The position numbers were made by a program, and so were the translations under genes. The notes beneath the pieces were generated by a model, which was given only the letters and a program-made list of their open reading frames with translations, did not search any database and was not told where the DNA came from. From positions 35,380 to 99,379 of the forward strand of contig JAVBXM010000015.1 of assembly GCA_030824585.1 (NCBI GenBank): a stretch of DNA of 64,000 nt, read 5' to 3'. This DNA comes from Phaeospirillum sp. Lineage in GTDB: Bacteria; Pseudomonadota; Alphaproteobacteria; Rhodospirillales; Magnetospirillaceae. Of the stretch, positions 37,585-48,362 are shown one piece after another (position 1 is the first letter of the stretch; every line of letters starts with the position of its first letter).

Positions 37585-38739
37585 ATGCTGACCAGGGATA
37601 TTGCTGCGGGCGAAGTGATCTTCCGCCAGGGTGATGCCGCCGACGTGGCCTATCTGATCGAGGCGGGAACCATCCAGATCCGGCACGATTCCGACGGCGA
37701 GTGCGAAGCCCGCCGGCTCGCCCGGCTGGGGCCGGGCGAGGTGTTCGGCGAACTGGGCGTCATCGACGGCGAGCCGCGCTCCGCCTCCGCCATCGCCGAA
37801 ACGCCGGCGCGGCTGGTGATGGTGCGGGCCGAGAAGATCCAGCAATCCATCGCCCGCTCCGATCCCTTCTTCGCCGAGCTGATGCGCAAGCTGGTCGGCC
37901 GCCTGCGGAAGACGCGCGCCATCGGCGATTCCGAGATGATGGCCGCCCTGCAGAGTTCGGATTTCGGCCCCGGCTTCGAGGAGGTGCTGCGCGAGCGCGA
38001 CATGGCCGAGGGCATCATCCGCGGCGAGATCGAACCGTTCCTCCAACCCATCGTCGACCTGCGGACCGGCGCCATCCAGGGCTACGAATCCCTGGCGCGC
38101 TGGCGGTCCGAGAAGTTCGGCCTGATGACGCCCTGCGACTTCCTGCCGCTGGCCCGGCGCACCGGCCTGATCCGCCGCATCGACCTGACCATGGCCGACC
38201 GGGCGCTGAACATCTGCGCCGGGTTCGGGCGGGACGAGGACGCCCCGTTCATGGCCATCAACATCTCGGCCTGGCACCTGCGCGACCGGACCCTGGTGGA
38301 CACCCTGAAGCGCATGCTGGTCCAGCACCAGTTGCCACCGCGCCGCATCTGCGTCGAGATCACCGAAACCATGCTGATCGACGAGACCTCGGACGCCGAT
38401 TCCATGCTGGCCGAGCTGCGCGATTGCGGCATCCGCATCGCGCTCGACGATTTCGGCACCGGCTTTTCGCCGCTGGCCTTCCTCTACCGCCTGCCCATCG
38501 ATATCCTGAAGATCGACGGCAGCATGGTGGAGGGCATCCAGTCCTCGCCCCGCCAGCGGGGCGTGCTCGAGGGATTGCGGGAATTGTGCGCCCGGCTGGA
38601 CATCGAGGTCATCGTCGAGGGCATCGAGACCGAGGAAACCACCGGCACCTTGCTGGAACTGGGCTTCACCCTGGGGCAAGGCACCCGCTTCGCCGCCCCC
38701 CGGGCGGTGGACGAAGCCCTGAGGAAGGCCGCCTCGTGA
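37585..38739 (+). CDS. Cyclic-nucleotide-binding domain + EAL domain protein (putative c-di-GMP phosphodiesterase)
   Basis: cNMP-binding motif FGELGVIDGEPRSASA. EAL-domain motifs QPIVDLRTG, CVEITE, DDFGTGFS and KIDGSMV. Confidence 0.85.
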   Translation: MLTRDIAAGEVIFRQGDAADVAYLIEAGTIQIRHDSDGECEARRLARLGPGEVFGELGVIDGEPRSASAIAETPARLVMVRAEKIQQSIARSDPFFAELMRKLVGRLRKTRAIGDSEMMAALQSSDFGPGFEEVLRERDMAEGIIRGEIEPFLQPIVDLRTGAIQGYESLARWRSEKFGLMTPCDFLPLARRTGLIRRIDLTMADRALNICAGFGRDEDAPFMAINISAWHLRDRTLVDTLKRMLVQHQLPPRRICVEITETMLIDETSDADSMLAELRDCGIRIALDDFGTGFSPLAFLYRLPIDILKIDGSMVEGIQSSPRQRGVLEGLRELCARLDIEVIVEGIETEETTGTLLELGFTLGQGTRFAAPRAVDEALRKAAS

Positions 38740-39650
38740 ACGGCGAATCCGACGCCGCCCGCCAGGCCCATGTCCAGACCGAACGGGTTTTCGCCAGCCT
38801 GGCCGCCTATCAGCATGCGCTGACCAGCCACGTGGACTGGCTGCAATCCTGGTACAGCTCGGTCCTCAACTGGGACGACCACGCCCGGCCCAACCCGGCC
38901 GCCGACCATTGCCGGTTCACCGCCTGGTACGACGGCGCCGGCCAGTCGGTGCTGGCCGCCTATCCGGCCTTCGCCGAACTGGGCCAGCTTCACCGCGACA
39001 TCCATTTCAAGGCGGAGCAGGTCACCGAGCGGGCGGCGGGCGGACACACCGTCACCACCTCGGACTACGAGGCCATGATGGCCCTGGTCCTGGCCTTCAG
39101 CACCACCGCCCAGGGGCTGGAGCGCGACGCCTGGCGCACCCTGGCCACCGTGGACGCCCTGACCGGCCTGGGCAACCGCCAGACCATGATGAGCCACCTG
39201 ATCGCCGAGCGCGACCGCTCGATCCGGCTGAAGCAGCCCTGCTGCATCGGCATGGTGGATATCGACCACTTCAAGCGGGTCAACGACACCTTCGGCCACG
39301 CGGTGGGTGACCGGGTACTCCGCGCGGTGGCGGAAGTCTTGCGCAACACCGTGCGACCCTACGACGTGCTCTACCGCTATGGCGGCGAGGAGTTCCTGGT
39401 CTGCCTGCCCGCCGCCACCCAGGAGGCCGGCATCCAGGTACTGGAGCGCATGCGCGCCGCCATCGCGGCCCTGTCGATAGCCACCGCCTCGGGCCGGTCG
39501 ATTCCGGTCACCGCGACCTTCGGCCTGGCGGAACTGTCCGCCGACCTGTCGGTGGAGGAATCCCTGGACCACGCCGATACCGCGCTCTACGACGGCAAGC
39601 GCGGCGGCCGCGACAAGGTCATCGCCTGGAACGGCACCAGCGAAAATTGA
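38736..39650 (+). CDS. CZB (chemoreceptor zinc-binding)-like domain + GGDEF diguanylate cyclase (DgcZ-like architecture)
   Basis: N-terminus HVDWLQSWY...DHCRFTAWYDG...LHRDIH (CZB His/Cys pattern) and the active site RYGGEEF. The GTG start overlaps the EAL gene stop (GTGA at 38736-38739). Confidence 0.78.
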   Translation: MNGESDAARQAHVQTERVFASLAAYQHALTSHVDWLQSWYSSVLNWDDHARPNPAADHCRFTAWYDGAGQSVLAAYPAFAELGQLHRDIHFKAEQVTERAAGGHTVTTSDYEAMMALVLAFSTTAQGLERDAWRTLATVDALTGLGNRQTMMSHLIAERDRSIRLKQPCCIGMVDIDHFKRVNDTFGHAVGDRVLRAVAEVLRNTVRPYDVLYRYGGEEFLVCLPAATQEAGIQVLERMRAAIAALSIATASGRSIPVTATFGLAELSADLSVEESLDHADTALYDGKRGGRDKVIAWNGTSEN

Positions 39651-39755
39651 AGCATCCGGCCGCGCCAATCCAAAAGATCCATTAGAGGGGCTGGTTCGGG
39701 AGCCGAAATCGATTATCATTTCCCAAAAAGATAATCGTCCCGGGAGGCAGCTGGT

Positions 39756-41726
39756 ATGAAGGCAGAGGGCCGCGAGGGCGCTCCGTCCGGTCATGGCATC
39801 GACATGACGATGATGCAGGGTGTGCTCGATCACCTCGATCAGGGCATCTCGGTCTTTTCCGCCGACCTGCGGCTGGTGCTGTGGAACCGGCAGTTCACCG
39901 ACCTGCACGAATTTCCCGCCGATTTCCTCCATAACGGCCTGGGCTTCGCCGACATCATCCGCTTCAACGCCCGGCGCGGCGAATACGGCGATTGCGACAT
40001 CGAGGCCTATGTCAGCGCCCGGGTGGACTCGGCGCTGGAATTCCAGGCCCACCGCTTCGAGCGCACGCGGCCCAACGGCACCACCTTGGAGATCATCGGC
40101 AATCCGCTGCCCGGCGGCGGCTTCGTCACCACCTACAGCGACGTCACCGTCAACCGGCAGGTGGCCGAGAACCTGCGCGATTCCAACGACCGCCTCGACC
40201 AGATGGTCGAGCGCCGCACCCAGGCGCTGCGCGAAAGCGAGGAACGCCACCGCGCCTATGGCGAGTTCCTGGAAGCCACCGTCAAGCACATGCCGCAGGG
40301 CATCTGTCTGTTCGACACCAACCTGGACCTGGTGGTGGCCAACAAGGTGTTCTTCGAACTGACCCAGGTTCCCCTCAGTTTCAACGTCAAGGGCATCAAC
40401 TTCCACGAGTTCATGCTCTACAACGCCCAGCGGGGCGAATACGGCCCCGGCGACCCTACCGAACTGGCCCGCCAGCGGGTCGAAAAGGCCCGCAAGATGG
40501 AGCCCCACGCCTTCGACCGCAGCCGTCCCGACGGCACGGTCATCGAGGTCCGGGGCAACCCCATCCCCGGCCGCGGCTTCATCAGCACCTTCACCGACAT
40601 CACGGCGCGGGCCAAGGCCGAGGAATCCCTGCGCGAGGCGGCCACCATGGCCCGCGCCATGCTGGACGCCCCGGGGTTGCTGGTGCTGCTGATCGGCATG
40701 GACGGCGCCATCGTCGACCTGAACGAGGAAGCGGCGCGCGGCCTGGGGGCCAGCAAGGCCGAGATGATCGGCACCAACATCTTCGCCGCCATGCCGCCCC
40801 AGGTGGCCGAACGCCGCTTCGCCCATGCCCAGCAGGCGGTGTTCGAGGGGCACGCCGTCTATTTCGAGGACGAGCGCGACGGCCGCTGGTTCGAGACCAC
40901 CATGACCCCCTACCCCATCGACCAGGACGGCATTCCCCGGGTGATGGTGATCTCCCACGACGTCACCCATCGCCATCAGGCGGAGCAGCGGCTGCGCGAG
41001 GCCACCGCCATGGCCCAGGCGGCCAACCGGACCAAGACCGATTTCCTGGCCGCCATGAGCCACGAGTTGCGCACGCCGCTCAACGCCATCCTGGGGTTCT
41101 CGGAAATCATCGCGCGCGAGATGTTCGGGCCGGTGGGCGAGCGCTACCGCGCCTACGGCCAGGACATCAACTCGGCGGGGCAGCACCTGCTGGCCATGAT
41201 CAACGACATCTTGGACATCTCGCGCATCGAGATCGGCGCCTTCACCTTGTGCATCGAGCCGGTCAATCCGCACGAGATGGCGGATTCCTGCCTGCGTCTG
41301 GTGAGTACCCGCGCCGAGGCCGGCGGCATCCGGCTGGCCGAGGAGGTTCCCGGATCGCTGCCCACCCTGCTGATCGATTCCCGGCGCGCCAAGCAGATTC
41401 TCATCAACCTGCTGGGCAATGCCGTGAAATTCACCCCGCCGGGCGGCAGCGTCACCCTCAGGGGCGAACGCCAGCTTGCCGGCGGCATCGCCTTCCATGT
41501 GGCCGATACCGGCATCGGCATGAGCGAGGCGGAAATCGCCATAGCGCTGTCACCCTTCGGTCAGGTGGATACCGGCCTGGACCGCCGCTTCGAAGGCGCC
41601 GGGCTGGGCCTGCCGCTGGCTAAATCCCTGGCCGAGCTGCATGGCGGCAGCCTGGATATCCGCTCGATCCCCGGCAAGGGCACCACGGTCAGCGTCTACC
41701 TCCCCGCGTCGTGCATCGCGCCTTAG
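39756..41726 (+). CDS. Multi-PAS sensor histidine kinase (orphan in this window)
   Basis: Two PAS_7-like repeats (LDHLDQGISVF..., VKHMPQGICLF...) and a third PAS domain. H-box SHELRTPLNAI, N-box GNAVKFT, G1 DTGIGM and G2 GAGLGL. Confidence 0.88.
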   Translation: MKAEGREGAPSGHGIDMTMMQGVLDHLDQGISVFSADLRLVLWNRQFTDLHEFPADFLHNGLGFADIIRFNARRGEYGDCDIEAYVSARVDSALEFQAHRFERTRPNGTTLEIIGNPLPGGGFVTTYSDVTVNRQVAENLRDSNDRLDQMVERRTQALRESEERHRAYGEFLEATVKHMPQGICLFDTNLDLVVANKVFFELTQVPLSFNVKGINFHEFMLYNAQRGEYGPGDPTELARQRVEKARKMEPHAFDRSRPDGTVIEVRGNPIPGRGFISTFTDITARAKAEESLREAATMARAMLDAPGLLVLLIGMDGAIVDLNEEAARGLGASKAEMIGTNIFAAMPPQVAERRFAHAQQAVFEGHAVYFEDERDGRWFETTMTPYPIDQDGIPRVMVISHDVTHRHQAEQRLREATAMAQAANRTKTDFLAAMSHELRTPLNAILGFSEIIAREMFGPVGERYRAYGQDINSAGQHLLAMINDILDISRIEIGAFTLCIEPVNPHEMADSCLRLVSTRAEAGGIRLAEEVPGSLPTLLIDSRRAKQILINLLGNAVKFTPPGGSVTLRGERQLAGGIAFHVADTGIGMSEAEIAIALSPFGQVDTGLDRRFEGAGLGLPLAKSLAELHGGSLDIRSIPGKGTTVSVYLPASCIAP

Positions 41727-41730
41727 ATCG

Positions 41731-43737
41731 TTATCCCTCGCCGGGCGCGGCCCTCCGGCCGCTTGGCCGCCGCCTCAATGGCGGCTGGTCGCGGCGGGTA
41801 CCGGATTTGGCGCAGGCCGCTCCAGGTCTGGACGCCGGAACGGGTGCCCCGCCACGCGGCACCAGTTGGTGCTGGCCGGGGCCGATCAGGTCGGCGCGGC
41901 CCATCTTCTGCAGGGCTTCGCGCAGGATCGGCCAGTTCTCGGGATCGTGCCAGCGCAGGAAGGCCTTGTGCAGGCGCCGCTGGCGCAGGCCCTTGGCGGT
42001 GAACACCTCCTCGCCCGCCCGGCGCACCGGCCGGATGGGATCGCGGCCGCTGTGGTACATGGCGGTGGCCAGCGACATGGGCGTCGGCAGGAAGGTCTGC
42101 ACCTGATCCAGGCGGAAGCCGTTCTTCTTCAGCCACAGGGCCAGGTTCAGCATGTCCTGGTCGGTGGTGCCGGGATGGGCGGCGATGAAATAGGGAATGA
42201 GATAGAGCTTCTTGCCCGCCTTGGCCGCCGCCTTTTCAAACATCGCCTTGAAGCGTTCATAGCTGCCGATGCCCGGCTTCATCATCTTGGCGAGCGGCCC
42301 GTCCTCGGTATGCTCGGGGGCGATTTTCAGGTAGCCGCCCACATGATGGCGCACCAGTTCGTCCACATAGGCGGGGCTGGTCACCGCCAGATCGTAGCGC
42401 ACGCCCGAGCCGATGCTGACCCGCTTCACCCCCTTGACGCCCCGCGCCGCGCGATAGAGGCGGATCAGCGGATCGTGGTCGGTGCCCAGCGTCTTGCAGA
42501 TGTCGGGATAGACGCAGGAGAGGCGCCGGCAGACCTTCTGCACCTCGGGCTCGCGGCACCCCAGGCGCCACATGTTGGCGGTGGGGCCGCCCAGATCGGA
42601 AATGGTGCCGGTGAAGCCCTTGGTCTTATCGCGGATCTCCTCGATCTCGTGGATGATCGAGGCCTCCGAACGGCTCTGGATGATGCGGCCCTCGTGCTCG
42701 GTGATGGAGCAGAAGGAACAGCCGCCGAAACAGCCGCGCACGATGTTGATGGAAAAGCGGATCATCTCCCAGGCAGGGATCTTGGCCTCGCCATAGGAAG
42801 GATGCGGCCCCCTGGCATAGGGCAGGTCGTAGACCCCGTCCAGTTCGGGCGTGGAAAGCGGCACCGGCGGCTGGGTGACCCACAATTCCTTGTCGCCGTG
42901 ACGCTGGACCAGCGGACGGGCGTTCAAAGGATTGCTCTCCTGGTGCAGCACCCGCGAGGCCTGGGCGTACAGCACCTGATCGCCCTGCACCTGATCGAAG
43001 GACGGCAGGCGCACCACCACCTGCTCGCCCTTGACCACCGGCTGGGCGGCATCGAGGTCGGAGGCATCCACCACCCGCCAGTCGTCGGGCACCGCGTCGC
43101 GCACGAACACCGTGCCCCTGATGTCGTGCATGGCCTTGGGCGCCTCGCCGGCGGCCGCCCGCCGGGCGATGTCGACGATGGCCCGCTCGGCATTGCCGAA
43201 CACCAGCAGATCGGCCTTGGCATCCATCAGCACCGAGCGCCGCAGCTTTTCCGACCAGATGTCGAAATGGGCGATACGGCGAAGGCTGGCCTCGATGCCG
43301 CCGATCACCACCGGGACGTCCTTGAAGGCCTCGCGGCAGCGCTGGGCATAGACGATGACGGCGCGATCGGGGCGCCGGCCCCCTTCGCCACCCGGCGTAT
43401 AGCTGTCGTCGCTGCGCAGCCGGCGGTCCGAGGTGTAGCGGTTGACCATGGAATCCATGTTGCCCGCCGTCACCCCGAAGAACAGCCGGGGACGGCCCAG
43501 CGCCCGGAAAGGTTCCGGCCCGCTCCAGTCCGGCTGCGAGATGATCCCCACCCGGAACCCCTGGGATTCCAGCAGCCGCCCGACGATGGCCATGCCGAAG
43601 CTGGGATGGTCCACATAGGCGTCCCCGGTCACCAGCACCACGTCGCATTCGTCCCAGCCCAGCACCTCCATCTCGGCCCGGCTCATGGGCAGGAAGGGCG
43701 CCGCCGAACGGCGGGGAAAGGCAAGAGGGGCGGTCAT
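41731..43737 (-). CDS. ygiQ: YgiQ-family (UPF0313) radical SAM protein
   Basis: 668 aa from the ATG at 43737, with [34 protein letters not shown] and the radical SAM motif CFGGCSFC. Confidence 0.85.
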   Translation of the reverse strand: MTAPLAFPRRSAAPFLPMSRAEMEVLGWDECDVVLVTGDAYVDHPSFGMAIVGRLLESQGFRVGIISQPDWSGPEPFRALGRPRLFFGVTAGNMDSMVNRYTSDRRLRSDDSYTPGGEGGRRPDRAVIVYAQRCREAFKDVPVVIGGIEASLRRIAHFDIWSEKLRRSVLMDAKADLLVFGNAERAIVDIARRAAAGEAPKAMHDIRGTVFVRDAVPDDWRVVDASDLDAAQPVVKGEQVVVRLPSFDQVQGDQVLYAQASRVLHQESNPLNARPLVQRHGDKELWVTQPPVPLSTPELDGVYDLPYARGPHPSYGEAKIPAWEMIRFSINIVRGCFGGCSFCSITEHEGRIIQSRSEASIIHEIEEIRDKTKGFTGTISDLGGPTANMWRLGCREPEVQKVCRRLSCVYPDICKTLGTDHDPLIRLYRAARGVKGVKRVSIGSGVRYDLAVTSPAYVDELVRHHVGGYLKIAPEHTEDGPLAKMMKPGIGSYERFKAMFEKAAAKAGKKLYLIPYFIAAHPGTTDQDMLNLALWLKKNGFRLDQVQTFLPTPMSLATAMYHSGRDPIRPVRRAGEEVFTAKGLRQRRLHKAFLRWHDPENWPILREALQKMGRADLIGPGQHQLVPRGGAPVPASRPGAACAKSGTRRDQPPLRRRPSGRRAAPGEG

Positions 43738-43897
43738 GGGCGATCCTGGGCGTTGTCGATCCCCTTCTCTTCCTCCCCTTTGCCGCCCGGATGCAACACC
43801 TGTTTTCCAGGGATGCAGCGATGTCGCTTGCCCTGGCGCCCCACTTGCAGGCAAATTCCCGGCTTTGCCCCCAGCAGTGGCGGGAAGCCGAGAAACG

Positions 43898-46471
43898 ATG
43901 ATGCGCGATATGGCGGTTCGACTGGTTGACTGGTGCTGGCGCCATGCTTGGGCGGTGGTGATCGCCTCGCTGGCCGCCACGGTGCTGCTGGGCTGGTATA
44001 CCGCCACCCACCTGTCGCTGGACACCGACGAGAGCAAGCTGATCTCGTCCGACCTGCCGTTCCGCAAGGTGGAAAAGACCATCGATCAGGCCTTTTCCCA
44101 CTCCGCCGACCGGCTGGCCGTGGTGATCGACGGCCCCACCGCCGAACTGGCCGAGGATGCCGTGGAACGGCTGGCTCAGGCCCTGGCCGCCCACAAGGGC
44201 GTCGTCCGCGGCGCCGCCCGTCCGGCCGAGGAGATGTATTTCCGCAAGAACGGCCTGCTGTTCCTGTCCACCGCCGAGTTGGAGCAGATCGTCGAGCGTC
44301 TGGTCCAGGCGCAGCCGCTGCTGGGCTCCGTCGCCAGGGACCCCTCGCTGCGCGGCCTGCTGGCCTCGGTGGACCTGGTGCTGCAGGGCATCTCCCACGA
44401 TCAGGCGAGCACCAGGGATATCGAGCCGCTGCTGGCCCAATTGGACAAGCCCGCCGCCGCCATCGCCGCCGGCCAGCCGGCCAAGCCGGTGGACTGGCAG
44501 GGATTGATGTCCGGCGGCCCGGCCAAGGACGCGCCGCGCCGCTTCCTGATGGTGCACGGCGCCCTCGATTACGGCGCCCTCGAACCCGCCTCCGACCTGA
44601 TCAAGGCGGTGCGCGCCACGGCCCGCGACCTGGGATTGGTGCCGGAAAAGGGCTACCGCGTGCGGATCACCGGCGGCCTCGCCCTGGCCGACGCCAATTT
44701 CGCCACGGTGGCCGAGGGAGTGGAAATCTCCGCCCCCCTCTCGTTCCTGGCGGTGGTGGGGCTGCTGTTCTGGGGCGTGCGCTCGGGCCGGGTGGTGGCG
44801 GCCATCATCATCAGCCTGATCGTCGGTCTGGTGGCGACCGCCGCCTTCGCCACCGCCACGGTGGGCAGCCTCAACCCCATCTCGGTGGCCTTCGCGGTGA
44901 TGTTCGTCGGCATCGCCGTGGATTTCGGCATCCAGTTCGTCACCGCCTATCGCAACGAACGCTTTCTCAACGGAGACCCGCAGGTCGCGCTGCACGGCGC
45001 CGCGGCCTCCATGGCGACGCCCCTGACCCTGGCGGCCATCGCCACCGCCGTCGGCTTCCTGTCCTTCATGCCCACCGACTATACCGGCGTGTCCCAACTG
45101 GGGCTGATCGCCGGCGGCGGCATGATCATCGCCCTGATCATCGATTTCACCCTGTTGCCGTCCCTGCTGGCCCTGCTGAAGCCCCAGCCGGAGAAGGAGC
45201 CGGTGGGGCTTAGGCTCCAGGGGGCCGACGCGGCCCTGCGCCGCCACGCCAAGCCCATCGTGGTGGTGGGATGCGCCATCGGCCTGGTCGGCGCCGCCCT
45301 GCTGCCGGTGATGCCGCTGGACTTCGACCCGCTGCACCTGCAGGACCCCAAGGCCGAGGCGGTGGCGACCTTCATGGACCTGGCCAAGGACCCGGACAAC
45401 GGCGTCTACAGCCTGGAAACCCTGGCCCCGTCGGTGGAAGCGGCCCGCATCCTGGCGGACAAGCTTTCCGACCTGCCCGAGGTGCACCGGGCCATGACGG
45501 TCACCACGTTCATCCCCGAGGGCCAGGACGAAAAGCTGGCCATGATCGGCGACGTCGCCATGGTCCTGGGGCCGACCCTCAACCCGGCCAAGGTGCTGCC
45601 CGCCCCCTCGCCCGAGGAACTGGTGGCCGCCATCGGCCGGCTGGCCGGGCAGTTGGAGACCATCGCTCCCGGCCACAAGCCCTCGCAGGTGCTGGCCGGG
45701 CATCTGAAGGCCATCGCCGCCAAGGGTCCCCGGGCCGCCGACGAATACCAGAAGGCCGCCGCCGCCGGCCTGCCCGCCCTGCTGTCGGGCCTCAGGCGGT
45801 CGCTGGAGGCCGAGGCGGTCAGCCTGGACACCCTGCCCGCCGAGATGAAGCGCGAATGGATCGCCACCGACGGCCAACGCACCCGGGTTCAGGTACTGCC
45901 CAAGATCGATGTCCAGGACGAGGTCCTTCGCCGCCGCTTCATCGCCGCCGTCTCGGCGATGGCGCCCGAGGTCGCCGGCGCCCCCATCTCCATGGAGGAG
46001 GCGGGACAGGTGGTGATCCGGGCCTTCGCCATCGCCGGCATGGGCGCCTTGGCCGCCATCGGCCTGCTGCTGTGGCTGATGGTCCGTCGGGTGCTCGATT
46101 CCGTGGTGGTGCTGACGCCCCTGGTCCTGGGCGCCCTGGCGACGGTGATCGCCGCCCGGCTGGCCGGCATTCCGCTGAATTTCGCCAACGTCATCGCCCT
46201 GCCGCTGCTGCTGGGCATCGGGGTCGCCTTCAACATCTATTTCGTGGTCAACTGGCGCAACGGGGTGACCGACCACCTGTCGTCGCCCACCACCAGGGCG
46301 GTGCTGTTCTCGGCGCTGACCACCGGCTCGGCCTTCGGCAGCCTGGCGGTGTCGCCCCACCTGGGCACCGCCTCCATGGGCATGCTGCTGTTCCTGTCGC
46401 TGACCATCACGGTGGTGTTCACCTTCCTGGTTCTGCCCGCCATCTTCCACCTGATCGGCAGGCCGAAATGA
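43898..46471 (+). CDS. hpnN: RND/MMPL-family transporter, HpnN-like (hopanoid transport)
   Basis: 857 aa with 12 TM helices in two bundles and two periplasmic loops. The N-terminal region resembles Rhodopseudomonas HpnN as I recall it (...DLPFRK..., NGLLFLS..., DPSLRGL). Confidence 0.7.
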   Translation: MMRDMAVRLVDWCWRHAWAVVIASLAATVLLGWYTATHLSLDTDESKLISSDLPFRKVEKTIDQAFSHSADRLAVVIDGPTAELAEDAVERLAQALAAHKGVVRGAARPAEEMYFRKNGLLFLSTAELEQIVERLVQAQPLLGSVARDPSLRGLLASVDLVLQGISHDQASTRDIEPLLAQLDKPAAAIAAGQPAKPVDWQGLMSGGPAKDAPRRFLMVHGALDYGALEPASDLIKAVRATARDLGLVPEKGYRVRITGGLALADANFATVAEGVEISAPLSFLAVVGLLFWGVRSGRVVAAIIISLIVGLVATAAFATATVGSLNPISVAFAVMFVGIAVDFGIQFVTAYRNERFLNGDPQVALHGAAASMATPLTLAAIATAVGFLSFMPTDYTGVSQLGLIAGGGMIIALIIDFTLLPSLLALLKPQPEKEPVGLRLQGADAALRRHAKPIVVVGCAIGLVGAALLPVMPLDFDPLHLQDPKAEAVATFMDLAKDPDNGVYSLETLAPSVEAARILADKLSDLPEVHRAMTVTTFIPEGQDEKLAMIGDVAMVLGPTLNPAKVLPAPSPEELVAAIGRLAGQLETIAPGHKPSQVLAGHLKAIAAKGPRAADEYQKAAAAGLPALLSGLRRSLEAEAVSLDTLPAEMKREWIATDGQRTRVQVLPKIDVQDEVLRRRFIAAVSAMAPEVAGAPISMEEAGQVVIRAFAIAGMGALAAIGLLLWLMVRRVLDSVVVLTPLVLGALATVIAARLAGIPLNFANVIALPLLLGIGVAFNIYFVVNWRNGVTDHLSSPTTRAVLFSALTTGSAFGSLAVSPHLGTASMGMLLFLSLTITVVFTFLVLPAIFHLIGRPK

Positions 46472-47355
46472 AGCGCCTAATCGTCACCGCCGATGATTTC
46501 GGCCGGTCCCTCCAGGTCAACCAGGCGGTGGAGGAAGGGCACGCCAACGGCATCCTCACCGCCGCCAGCCTGATGGTCACCGAGGGCGCGGTGGATGACG
46601 CGGTGGAACGCGCCCGGCGGCTGCCCGGCCTGGGGGTCGGCCTGCACGTCACCCTGGTGGACGGCATCCCCGCCCTGCCGCCGTCGCAGATTCCCGATCT
46701 GGTCAACGAGCAGGGCCTGTTCACCCGCGATCTGGTGCGGCTCGGTACCCGCATCTTCCTGTCCAGGGGCGCGCAGCGCCAGGTCACCGCCGAGATGCGC
46801 GCCCAGTTCGAGCTGTTCAAGGCCACCGGCCTGCCGCTCGCCCATGTGGACTTCCACCACCATTACCACCAGCACCCGACCGTGTTCGATCTGGTCCTCG
46901 AACTGGCGGTGGAGTACGGCGCGCCGGGCATCCGCATTCCGTGGGAGCCGCCGCTGCGCTCCTACCGGGCGCGCGGCGACAAGCTGGGCACCCGCCTGCT
47001 CAATGGGATATTTCACTGGCGGCGCAACCGCGCCATGGCGGCCAAGGCCAGGGCAAGGGGGCTGGTGGTCAACGAACGGGCCTTCGGCATCAACGATTCG
47101 GGGCAGATGGACGCCGCCAAGGTGAACTCGTTCCTCGACGTGCTGCCCGACGGCCTGTCGGAGATCTACAGCCATCCGGCCACCGCGCACTGGGCGGCCC
47201 CGCGCCCCATGCCGCCCCACTATCGCATCGACGAGGAGTACAAGGCGCTGATCGCCCCGGAAAACCGCCGCAAGGTCGCCGAGCTTGGCATCTTGCTGAC
47301 CACCTTCGCGCAAGAGGCGGAGGCCGTTTCCGCCGCCAAGGCGGCCGGACGATGA
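46468..47355 (+). CDS. hpnK: YdjC/ChbG-family carbohydrate deacetylase, HpnK-like
   Basis: [14 protein letters not shown]...GILTAASLMV...GLHVTL is the YdjC pattern. There is an ATGA overlap with hpnN. Confidence 0.7.
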   Translation: MKRLIVTADDFGRSLQVNQAVEEGHANGILTAASLMVTEGAVDDAVERARRLPGLGVGLHVTLVDGIPALPPSQIPDLVNEQGLFTRDLVRLGTRIFLSRGAQRQVTAEMRAQFELFKATGLPLAHVDFHHHYHQHPTVFDLVLELAVEYGAPGIRIPWEPPLRSYRARGDKLGTRLLNGIFHWRRNRAMAAKARARGLVVNERAFGINDSGQMDAAKVNSFLDVLPDGLSEIYSHPATAHWAAPRPMPPHYRIDEEYKALIAPENRRKVAELGILLTTFAQEAEAVSAAKAAGR

Positions 47356-48332
47356 AAGCCAACCTGCTGCGCCTGGGCGTCATCGTCGTGATCATCATCG
47401 CCGCCTGGATCATGCGCGACGGCTTCGGCGACGTGGGCGGCGCGCTGGACAGCGCCGGGTGGAGCGGCGTGGCGCTGATGGCGCTGACTCACGTCTTGCC
47501 GGTGGCCCTGTGCGGCATCGCCTGGGGCCTGCTGCAGGACGACGTCCCCACCTTGAAATTCTCGGTGGCCCGCTGGATCAAGGACGGAGTGGGCGAACTG
47601 GCCGGCATCCTGCCGCTGTCGGGCGAGATGGCCGCCATCCGCCTGATGACCCGCTACGGCTTCCGCGTCGCCGACGCCAGCGCCATCGTCATGGTGGACG
47701 TCACCGCCGAGGCCATCGCCCAGTTCTTCTTCAGCCTGCTGGGCGTCGCCCTGTGGCTGCACCTCTACCCCGACGCGGCGGTCACCCGCTGGGCGCTGAT
47801 CGCCCTGGGCGTCAGCATTCCCGGCCTGGCCATCTTCGTGGCGCTGCAGCGTTCCGTGGTGATGCGCTTCCTCGAGACCCTGCCGTCCAGGATCATGCCC
47901 CACGCCTGGAACGCCCCCGACGCCGATTCCGGGGTGCACGCCGCCGTCAATGCCCTGTACGCCGATCACCGCCGCTTCGCCCGCTCGATATTCTGGCACA
48001 TCCTGGCCTGGGCGGCCGGCGCGCTGGAGGCCTGGGTGGCGCTGCGCCTGCTGGGCTATCCCTTGGGGCTGGCCGAGGTCCTGGCGCTGGAGAGCATCAT
48101 CTACGCCATCCGCTCGGTGGCCTTCGTGGTGCCGGGCGCCATCGGCCTGCAGGAGGGCGGCTACATGCTGGTGGGTGCCGTGCTCGGCCTGCCCACCGAG
48201 ATCGCCCTGGCGGTATCGCTGCTCAAGCGCGGGCGCGAGCTGCTGATGGGATTGCCGGCCCTGTTCGCCTGGCACTTCATCGAACACTCCACCGCCAAGG
48301 CAAAGGCCGCGGCCGAGAAGACCGAGGCCTGA
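47352..48332 (+). CDS. hpnL: Flippase-like / LPG-synthase-TM family membrane protein, HpnL-like
   Basis: 326 aa, polytopic. There is an ATGA overlap with hpnK. The family call rests on context and topology. Confidence 0.55.
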   Translation: MKANLLRLGVIVVIIIAAWIMRDGFGDVGGALDSAGWSGVALMALTHVLPVALCGIAWGLLQDDVPTLKFSVARWIKDGVGELAGILPLSGEMAAIRLMTRYGFRVADASAIVMVDVTAEAIAQFFFSLLGVALWLHLYPDAAVTRWALIALGVSIPGLAIFVALQRSVVMRFLETLPSRIMPHAWNAPDADSGVHAAVNALYADHRRFARSIFWHILAWAAGALEAWVALRLLGYPLGLAEVLALESIIYAIRSVAFVVPGAIGLQEGGYMLVGAVLGLPTEIALAVSLLKRGRELLMGLPALFAWHFIEHSTAKAKAAAEKTEA

Positions 48333-48362
48333 AGCCGCCCGGAGCGCGGGCTTCTGTCCGCC

